A DNA stretch of 64,000 nucleotides from Scyliorhinus canicula (Eukaryota): NCBI RefSeq assembly GCF_902713615.1, contig NC_052149.1:63725443-63789442 (forward strand), given 5' to 3'. Each line of letters begins with the position of its first letter. The stretch's first letter is position 1. The position numbers were made by a program, and so were the translations under genes. Below, one piece after another: positions 38,840 to 48,674 of the stretch. The notes under the pieces were generated by a model. The model was not told where the DNA came from. It made no database searches and saw only the letters and a list, made by a program, of their open reading frames with translations.

Positions 38840-39107
38840 TGGCAGGGTAGCATAGTGGTTAGCACTGTTGTTTCACAGCGCCAGGGACCAATTCCCGGCT
38901 TGGATCACTGTCTGTGTGGAGTCTGCACGTTCTCCCCGTGTCTGCGTGGGTTTCCTCTGGGCACTCTGGTTTCCTCCCACAAGTCCCAAAAGAATTCTAC
39001 CTGTGTACCCGAACAGACGCTGGAGTGTGGCAATTAGGAGATTTTCACAGTAACTTCATTGCAGTATTACTGTAAGCCTACTTGTGACACTAATAAAGAT
39101 TATTATT
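38840..39107 (+). mobile_element. HE1/V-SINE-type SINE, internally deleted
   Basis: Head, core and the GCCTACTTGTGACA..AATAAAGATTATT tail. Confidence 0.8.
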
Positions 39108-39384
39108 CGAGTTACGATGGACAATTCAGAGAATTCCCATGAAAATTCAGCCTCTATATAGGCTGAGGAAGTGCATGCTGAATTACCTGCAGGTAAATGA
39201 TACCGGGAGATCTCGGCAGCGGTGGTCTGGGAAGCGCTGGAGGCAGTGGTGAGAGGAGAGCCGATCTCAATCCGGGCTCACAGGGACAGGATAGATAGGG
39301 CAGAGACGGACTGACTGGTAAAAGAGATTCTATGAGTTGATAGGAGGTGTGCGGAGGCTCCAGAGGTAGGGCTTTTAAGGGAAC

Positions 39385-42300
39385 TGTGGTAAACCACTGT
39401 AGTATATTATATGTGTATTGTGGTAAACAGCTACTGTATTACATGTAATGTGCTAAACCACTGCCTGATGGCTCCGCCTCCCCTCAGGCTCGGTATAAAG
39501 GTGGCTGGTCTCCGCCTCTGCCCCAGTTCGGGATCAGAGGCCAGGAGGCTTTCTGTTTATCTTATTAAAGCCTCAGTTACGTTCACTACTCATCTTGTGT
39601 TCATTGATGGCACATCAATTTAATAAGCTAAACTTCTGAGATGAATTCATCGCTCAAGCCTGATCGCCTGGAGCTGGACCCACAGGCAGCCGACGCCACT
39701 GCAACATTTGAGCACTGGCTAAGCTGCTTCGAAGCTCATCTTGGATCCTCCACCGAAGACGTCACCGACCTCCAAAAGCAGCAAATACTCAATGCACGGG
39801 TGAGCCCGCAAGTTTTCAAACTCATCAGAGACGCCCCCTTGTATACGGAGGCAATAATGCTGCTGAAGGGACAATATGTAAAGTCTGTAAATGATGTGTA
39901 TGGTAGGCACCTTCTTGCCATGAGGTGACAACACCCTGGGGAACCACAAGCCGAATTCCTGCGTGCCTTGCAGGTACTCGGCCGGAACTGTGCTTACCAG
40001 GCGGTATCAGCCACCCAACACACGGAGCTGCTGATCAGGGATGCCTATGTCGCAGGCATGAAATTGGACTACATCCGCCAGCGATTGCTAGAAGGGGGTA
40101 TACTCAACCTCCCAGAGACAGTGCAGCTCTCAAACTCGCTGGAGATTGCTTTCCAGAACATGGAGGCTGACACCTCTGATCACGTGGAACCCTCGTGGAC
40201 CTCGTGGATGCCGTCATCACCGATTAGAGTGCGGCGCAAGCCTGTGCCGCGCAGTAGCCCGCCAACGGCGGAAGCCCGAAGTGCTACTTTTGCGGCCAGG
40301 GTAAGCATCCCAGACAACGCTGCCCTGCATGGAACGCGACTTGCAACGGGTGTGGGAGGAAGGGCCACTTTGTGAAAGCCTGCCAGGCCCGATTTCTCCC
40401 TAAAACTCCTAGGCCCAGCAGCGCTGCCTGCTGCCTGTCGTGGCTGCCCCCAACTGTCGCGCCACCCGCCATGTGTGACCCGTGGGCGCCGCCATCTTTC
40501 CTGCCACCCGCTATGTGCGACCCGTGGGGGCCGCCATCTTCGCTGCCATCTTCGATTTCGCCCACCACGCATGACCCATGGGGGCCACTATCTTTGACGC
40601 CATCTCCGATGCCACCTGCCACACGCGACCCATGGGGGCCACCATCTTGGGACCACTCCGCAGCTTCCCGGGAGCCCTGCTCACCTGCTCGTACGCTGGC
40701 CGCCGCTACCTTCTACCGGCCTACCCATCACCTTCTGAAGCTCGCATCCATCACGCTCGACCAGTCCCAACCTCATCACCTCACAAAATCTATAATGACC
40801 GTCCGGATCAACGGGCACAAGATGGCCTGCCTTTCGACTCCGGGAGCACAGACAGCTTCATACACCCAGATACGGTAAGGCGCTGCTCCCTCACAATTTT
40901 ACCCACAACCCAGAAAATCTCCCTGGCTTCCGGATCACATTCAGTAGCAATCCGGGGGTGCTGTGTCGCGACCCTTACTGTCCAAGGCGTAGAATACACT
41001 AACTTTAAACTCTCCGTATTTCCCCATCTCTGCGCTGCCCTATTACTGGGGCTCGACTTCCAGTGCCACCTCCAAAGCCTTACCTTAAAGTTTGGTGGAC
41101 CCCTGCCCCCCCTCACCGTCTGTAGCCTCGCGGCCCTTAAAGTCGCCCCACCCCCGCTCTTCGCTAATCTCACCCCGGACTGTAAGCCCGTCGCCACTAG
41201 GAGCAGAAGATACAGTGCCCGGGACAGGGCCTTTATCAGGTCGGAGGTCCAGCGATTCCTACGAGTGGGGATCATTGAGGCTAGTACCAGCACCTGGAGA
41301 GCCCAATTGGTGGTCGTCAAGACTGGGGAGAAGCACCGGACGGCCAACACTGCAGTCAGACCATCAACCGGTACACGCAGCTCGATGCATACCCCCTCCC
41401 CCGCATATCTGACATGGTCAACCAGATTGCACAGTATTGTGTCTTCTCCACAGTTGACTTGAGTTCCGCGTACCAATAGCTCCCTATCCGCCCGGAGGAC
41501 CACCAATACACTGCCTTCGAGGCAGATGGATGCCTCTACCACTTCCTCAGGGTTCCCTTCGGCATCACCAATGGGGTCTCGGTCTTCCAGCGAGAAATGG
41601 ACCGAATCGTTGACCAGTACGGGCACGTTCCCGTACTTAGATAATGTCACCATCTGCGGCCATGACCAGCAGGACCATGATGAAAACCTCCGGAACTTCC
41701 TCCACACCACTAAACTTAACCTCACCGACAATATGAAGAAATGCGTTTTCCACACAACCCGCCTAGCCATCCTTGGCTACGTTGTAGAAAGCTGAGTCCT
41801 GGGGCCCAACCCCGACCTCATGCACTCCCTCCTAGAACTCCCCCACTGCCCCAAGGCCCTGAAGAGATGCCTGGGGTTCTTCTCTTACTATGCCCAGTGG
41901 GTCCCCAATTATGCGGACGTGGCCCGTCCACTTATTAAATCCGCCATTTTCCCCCTGATGGCTGAGGCCCGCCTGGCCTTCAACCGCATCAAGGCAGATA
42001 TTGCCAAAGCCGCGATGCACGCTGTGGACGAGTCCATTCCGTTCCAGGTGGAGAGTGATGCGTCGGACTTTGCTCTGGCCGCTAAACTCAACCAGGTGGG
42101 CAGGCCCGTGGCTTTCTTCTCCCATACCCTCCATGCCTCCGAAATGCAACACTCCTCCATCGCAAAGGAAGCCCAAGCCATTGTAGAAGCTGTGCGACAT
42201 TGGAGGCATTACCTGGCTGGCAGGCGATTCACTCTCCTCACTGACCAATGGTCGGTTGCCTTTATGTTTAACAATACACAGCCGGGCAAAATCAAGAACG

Positions 42301-44063
42301 ACAAGATTCTGAGGTGGAGGATCAAGCTCTCCACCTACAACTACGAGATCTTGTATCGACCGGGGAAGCCCAATGAGCCCCCAGATGCCCTATCCCGCAG
42401 TACATGTGCCAGCGCACAAGTAGACTAACTTCGGGCCCTCCACAATGACCTCTGTCACCCGGGGGTCACCTGTTTTTTTCACTTTATCAAGGCTCGCAAC
42501 CTGCCTTACTCCATCGAGGAGGTCAGGACCATGACCAGGGACTGCCAAATCTGCGTGGTGTGCAAACTGCACTTCTATCGGACAGAGCGCACCTGGTAAA
42601 GGCCTCGCGCCCCTTTGAGCGCCTCAGCATCGACTTCAAAGGGCCCCTCCCCTCCACTGACTGTAACGTTTACTTCCTCAACATTGTTGACAAATACTCA
42701 AGATTCCCCTTTGCCATCTCATGCCCTGACATGACCTCTGCCACCGTCATCAAGGCCCTGCACAGTCTCTCCACCTTGTTCGGGTTCCCCACCTACATCC
42801 ATAGCGATCGGAGTTCCTTCTTCATGAGCGACGAGTTGCGTCAGTTCCTGCTTAGCAAGGGCATCGCCTCAAGCAGAACAACCAGCTACAACCCGGGGCA
42901 ACGGACGGGTGGAGAGGGAAAACGCAACGGTCTGGAAGGCTGTCCTCCTGGCCCTCCGGTCTAGAGGTCTCCCAGTCTCCTGCTGGCAGGAGGTCCTTCC
43001 CGATGCACTCCACTCCATCCGGTTGCTCCTGTACACTGCCACCAATGAGACCACTCACGAATGTATGTTTGCCTTCCCCAGGAAGTCCACCTCCGGGGTC
43101 TTGCTCCCATCCTGGCTGACCCGTCGCAGGGCCCGTCCTCCTCCGGAAGCATGCGAGGAGTCATAAGTCAGATCCCCTCATCGAGAAAGTCCTGCTCCTC
43201 CATGCCAATTCACAATATGCCTATGTGGCACATCATGACGGGTGACAAGACACAGTCTCCCTCCGGGATATGTCAGGTTCCCCAGTGACCTTCACCATCA
43301 TCCTCGACCCTACACCGTCTCCCTCCACCACTACCCAGCTACTTCAAGGTTTGGCACCCGCAGGCCCACCGGCGACCATCACCACCACCCCCGCCCATAC
43401 ACCGCCCGCCCCCTCCACCGATTCGACTACTGGGTGAAGAAGAGGACAACGTGCTCCCGGACGTGCAGGTCTCGACACCAGTGCCCACACCACAGCCGGG
43501 ACTGAGGCGATCACGGCGGAAGGTCAAGGCCCCCGACAGACTTGATCTTTAAGTCCACTTCACCCCCGCTGGATTCTTTTTTTTAACAGGGGGTGAATGT
43601 GGTAAACCACTGTAGTATATTATATGTGTATTGTGGTAAACGGCTACTGTATTACATGTAATGTGGTAAACCACTGCCTGATGGCTCCGCCTCTTCTCAG
43701 GCTCGGTATAACGGTGGCTGGTCTCCGCCTCTGCCCCAGTTCGGGATCAGAGGCCAAGAGGCTTTCTGTTTAGCTTATTAAAGTTACGTTCACTACTCGT
43801 CTTGTGTTCATTGATGGCACTGATGCGACCATCAATTCACATGGGATGATGAGTAGAAGTGAACAGTGGTTTTAATAAGCTAGATCTGTGCCTGCCTGTG
43901 ACTGCGCTGTACTGAGTGCCGCCTACAGGCTGCAGATCTATATACCTCCCCCGAGAGGGCGGAGCCAGAGACGGAGCCTACAAGGGCATCAACATAATAC
44001 AATACAATATAATGCAATACAGTGGTGAATGGTAGCAATAATACGTTCACCACAGGCACATCA
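39385..44063 (+). mobile_element. Full-length Gypsy/Ty3 (Mag-like) LTR retrotransposon, decayed, TSD GGAAC
   Basis: 5' LTR 39385-39617; 3' LTR 43598-44063 (split by an insert); PPT AACAGGGGGTGAA. Contains gag (39641), CCHC, protease (FDSGSTDSF), RT (YLDNV), RNase H (ESDASD..RPVAFFS..KEAQA) and integrase (IDFKGP, HSD) in Gypsy order. GGAAC at 39380-39384 and 44064-44068. Confidence 0.95.
43821..44054 (-). mobile_element. Gypsy solo LTR inserted in the 3' LTR of the host Gypsy, TSD GGCAC
   Basis: TGTGG...GCATCA on the minus strand; GGCAC at 43816-43820 and 44055-44059. Confidence 0.88.
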
Positions 44064-45195
44064 GGAACGCTGGAGGCTACAGGCAGAATTTGGCTTTTTA
44101 ACCACAGGGAGGGCAGTGGAACAGCTCAGAAAGGCGAGAGAGGCGATTTACGAGCACGGTGAGAAGGCCAGTAGGATGCTTGCACAGCAACTCAGAAAGA
44201 GAGAGGCAGCTAGAGAAATAGGGAAAGTTATTGACGGGGATGGGAACTTAGAAGGCAGGGGTGAGCAAGGCCTTCCAGGACTTTTACAGCAGGTTGTATA
44301 GGTCGGAACCTCCTGCGGGGTCAGAGGGGATGATTACCAAAAGTAATGGTACATTGTGTCCTGCAGGTTCCTGCAACACCTCTAGAACTACTTAAAATTA
44401 TATTTTTATTTAATGCATGCTGACTAAGGGAATAGATAGATATTTTGATTGCTACTGAGGGCAACACTTCAATACTGGGGGCCCCGATCGGGCTGGTGGA
44501 GATCGTAGAGGGTTTGAAGGCCTTGCAGTCGGGTAAGGCCCTGGGACCGGAGGGGTACCCAGTCGAGTTCTAGAAAATGTTCTCCGGAATATTAGGGCTG
44601 ATACTGATGAAGGTCTTTAACAAGGCTAGGGAAAGAGGGGTTCTGCCCCAGACGATGTCACAGGCCATGGTCTCACTCATCCTGAAATGGGACATGGGCC
44701 CGGAGCTACAGACCGATTTCCATGTTGAATGTAGATGCCAAACTTCTGGTCAAAACTTTGTCCTCCAGGATTGAGGACTGTGTACCGGACGTTATTGTGG
44801 AGGATCAGACAGGGTTCATTAAGGGTAGGCAGCTGGTGGCCAATGTAAGAAGGCTGTTAAATATGATCATGATGTCCCCGGAAGGTAGGGAGGTTGAGGT
44901 AATGGTCGCTATGGATGCGGAGAAAGCTTTTGACCGGGTTGAGCGGGATCATTTATGGGAGGTGCTGGAGCGGTTCGGCTTTGGGAGGGGCTTTATTGAC
45001 TGGATTAGGTTGCTGTATCGGGCTCCGGTTGCAAGTGTACGGACAAACAGGACGACTTTGGACTATTTCAGACTGCACCGGGGGACGAGACAGGGATGGC
45101 CCTCTCCCCACTGCTGTTTGCGCTGGCAATAGAACCACTGTCAATTGCTCTGAGGGCCTCCAGGGGCTGGAAAGGGCCTGGGTGAGGGATGGGGG

Positions 45196-45234
<39 letters not shown>

Positions 45235-46498
45235 AGCACAGGGTCTTGCTGTAGACCTACTTTTGTATGTTTCAGATCCAATTGAGGGGATGGAAGAAAT
45301 TATGGGAATTTTAGGGGAATTCGGCCTGTTTTCGGGGTCAATATGGGAAGAGCGAGATGTTTGTGGTCCAGGCGCGAGGTCAGGAGAGGCGACTGGGGGA
45401 ACTGCCGTTCAGAGTGGTAGGGGACAGTTTCAGATACCTGGGTATCCAAGGGGCGAGGGATTGGCACAGGCTACATAAATTGAACTTGGCTCGGCTGATG
45501 GATCAGTTGAAGGATTTCCGGAAATGGGATGCGCTCCCGTTGTCTCTTGCGAGCAGAGTTCAATCGGTATAAATGATGGTCCTCCCGAGATTCCTATTCG
45601 TTTTCCAATGCCTCCCCATCTTCATCCCGTGGTCCTTTTTAAAGCACATCAATAAAGTTATTGTGGGCTTTGTGTGGGGGGGGCAAGTCCCCCGGGTGGG
45701 GGGGGGGGGGGGTGGGGGGCGGGTCTGGCGCTGCCGAATTTCAGCAATTATTACTGGGCGGCTAATATAGCCATGGTGAGGAGGTGGCTGTTGGTGGGGG
45801 GGAGCCGGCTTGGGTGCGCATGGAGGCGTCTTCTTGCAAGGGCTCAAGTCTGGGGGCGTTGGTAACAGCGCCTCTGCCATTCTCGCCAGTGTGATACTCT
45901 ACCAGTCCAGTTGTGGTGGCGGGCCTGAAAGTCTGGGGACAGTGGAGGAGATATGTGGGAGCAGTGGGAGCATCGGTCTGCTCCCCAATCTCTGATAATC
46001 ACCGGTTTGCCCTGGGGAGGATGGACGTGGGGTTCCGAATTTTGCGGAGTGCGGGGATTGAGAGGATGGGGGACTTTTGTATAGAAGGAAGCTTCCCGAG
46101 TATGAGGCGCTGGAGGAGAAGTTTGAATTGGCGGGGGAAATGAATTTTGATATTTGCACGTACGGGGCTTTCTGATGAGGCAGGTGCCAACCTTCCCACT
46201 CCTGCTGCTAATGGGGATTCAGGATAGGGTGGTTTCCAGAGGATGGATAGGAGAGGGGAGCATCTCGGACATATATAAAGAGCTTATGGGATTGGAGGAG
46301 ACGCAGACAAGGAGATAAGCAAAAGTGGGAGGAGCAGCTGAGGGGAGAGATAGAGGAGGGCTTTTGGGTGGACACGTTGAGTAGGGTCAACGCGACCGCA
46401 ACATGTGCCAGGCTCAGCCTGATCCAATTTAAGATTGTTCACTGGGCTCACGCGACAGTTGCCCGGATGAGCAAATTCTTTGGGGTGGAGGACACAGT

Positions 46499-46530
<32 letters not shown>

Positions 46531-47199
46531 GGGGTAGCAAACCATGTTCACATGTTCTGGGCATGTCCAAAACCGAGGGGAGTTTGGCAGGGGTTTGCTG
46601 ATGCCATGACCGAGGTATTAACTATGAGGGTGGCAATGAGTCCAGAGGTGGCGATTTTTGGGGTGTCACAGGATCCGGGAATCCAGGAGAAAGAGGCAGA
46701 TGTTCTGGCCGTTGCTTCCCTTGTAGCCCGGAGGCAGATATTACTAGCATGGAGGGACTTGAAGCCCCCGAAATCTGAGACCTGGCTATTGGACAAGGCT
46801 GCCTGGAGAAAATTAAGTTTGCCATGAGAGGGTCGATGTTAGGGTTCGCCGGAGGTGGCAACCATTCGTTGACTTCTTCGCAGAGAATTAATCGTCAGCA
46901 GAAGGGGAGAGGGGGTTAGGCTAGCGTAGATTAGGATGGTAAGTAATGGACCTGGGGGAGAGGGAGGTGGTATTTGCACTATGTTAATATTTTCCTTGTT
47001 ATGTACATTGTTGATTTTGTTGCTGCTACAATGCCAAAGAAATACCTCAATAAAATGTTTATTAAAAAAAAGAAAATCCAGCCTCTATATATTTTGCAAA
47101 CAAATGACCAGGCAATTTTAATTCAATGATAACTCAGAAAAACATAAGTCTAATATAGTTGACAAAGTGTTACTAAATAGCCTGTACTTACACTTAGTA

Positions 47200-47376
47200 T
47201 CAGAATGGATATTGCTAAATTGCTGGCTTTTAAAGCAGACCAAGCAGGCCAGCAGCACGGTTCGATTCCCGTACCAGCCTCCCCGGACAGGCGCCGGAAT
47301 GTGGCGACTAGGGGATTTTCACAGTAACTTCATTGAAGCCTACTCGTGCCAATAAGCGATTTTCATTTCATTTCAT
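47200..47376 (+). mobile_element. Short tRNA-derived SINE (5' end degraded)
   Basis: Reverse complement of the 5895-6073 family, with (TTTCA)n tail. Confidence 0.75.
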
Positions 47377-47479
47377 TACCGTTAAATCAAATTTGTCCTG
47401 TTTACATTCATGCCTGTGAAAGCCTGCAGAATAAAGTTATTTTTTTCTTGAATGATTGTGTAGATGACTGTCGAGGTAT

Positions 47480-47655
47480 TGGACACTAAGGGGCAATTTA
47501 GCATGGCCAATCCACCTAATATGCACATATTTGGACTCTGGGAGGAAACTGGAGCATGGGGAGAAAGTGCAAACACCACAGTCACCCGAGGCCAGAATTA
47601 AACCTGGGACACTGGAGCTGTGAGGCAGCAGTGCTAACCACTGTGCCACCGTACC
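47480..47655 (-). mobile_element. HE1-type SINE, partial
   Basis: Head GGTACGGTGGCACAGTGGTTAGCAC and core. Confidence 0.8.
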
Positions 47656-48427
47656 AGCCACATGGAATGGACTGGTGGGAACTGACAGAAATAAATTCCT
47701 CGTGCTCTCTGACAATGACAAAACATGAGGCAGTAGTCCACACAACTACAAAGACCTTTTGTTTCCAAGATAGTACGTGAACAGTATTTCTTCCTAAGGA
47801 CAATCCCACAGTGGAACAATCTGCCAAAGAAAATAGCCACAGCTCCATCACTTGAATCTTCCAAGACCCATCTTTAGATTATTTCCACTTAAAAACCAGG
47901 ACGAGCACAAATAGCACCATGCCTGGTTTAGCCCACACTACCCATAGAAGTCTTGGTGAAATAAGGGTCTGCGATGCCCACACAACCGAAGCATTAGCTA
48001 TACCCCTTACTCCCCAAACCTCACTTCATACGTTCTCCCACCGCTTTCAGACACACCAGCTGATTTCAGTGATGGGTGAGGTTGGATCATGTTCCCAGGC
48101 TGGCAATTTCTCTGCAGCAGTCCCTGGTGATGTCATGGAGCAGCTGGCAATTTGATACAAGATAACAGCAGCATTAGACAAGTCCACTGTGTGTAGGTGA
48201 TCCATGCCCTCATTCTGGGAGGGAGGGAGGGTTAATCCTGCAGTCCACAGCAATGTTAATACTTAGACCTGTTTTAGTGTTGTCAAGTTTGTTATATTAA
48301 GACCTTGGGCAGTTTTGTTTTTGTCAGTTGACGAGGTTGATATGTGCACTTGCGTCTGAGAAAACTCAGAACGAAATCTTTAAACTTGCAAATAATTCAA
48401 CACACAACCAACCTACAGCCTAACCTC

Positions 48428-48464
48428 ATCACGTGACAGACTGGTTTCAGATGTCACGTGTGAC
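48428..48464. promoter_or_regulatory. Paired E-boxes (TCACGTGAC, GTCACGTG) in the CpG-rich promoter of the Isy1-like gene
   Basis: Two CACGTG sites about 25 bp apart, about 220 bp upstream of the ATG at 48675. Confidence 0.5.
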
Positions 48465-48483
48465 GGTGCGGACCCTAACCCGA

Positions 48484-48639
48484 GGATGCCGGGAATACGG
48501 AGGACTGGATGAGAGAGGTGGATGCCGGGAATACGGAGGACTGGATGAGAGAGGTGGATGCCGGGAATACGGAGGACTGGATGAGAGAGGTGGATGCCGG
48601 GAATACGGAGGACTAGATGAGAGAGGTGGATGCCGGGAA
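48484..48639. repeat. 36-bp minisatellite, 4.3 copies
   Basis: GGATGCCGGGAATACGGAGGACTGGATGAGAGAGGT at 48484, 48520, 48556, 48592, and partial at 48628. Confidence 0.95.
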
Positions 48640-48674
48640 GGCGGAGGACCGGTTTGGTGTGTTGATGGAAGCAG

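Larger units (their letters stand above)
39161..47071 (+). mobile_element. 5'-truncated decayed L1 LINE with 20-bp TSD, hosting a Gypsy element
   Basis: TSD GAAAAT(T/C)CAGCCTCTATATA at 39141-39160 and 47072-47091. ORF2 remnants homologous to 16530-20320 (EHGEKASRMLA, LNVDAKLL, DAEKAFDRV, HMFWACP). AATAAA plus A tail. Confidence 0.92.

Noticed and set aside
40808-41770. 320-aa antisense ORF and other antisense ORFs over TE and caiap coding regions
   Set aside because: Shadow ORFs of GC-rich or constrained sense frames with no recognisable motifs.
48484-48639. 36-bp direct repeats as a CRISPR array
   Set aside because: The units are head-to-tail with no spacers, there are no cas genes, and the DNA is vertebrate.
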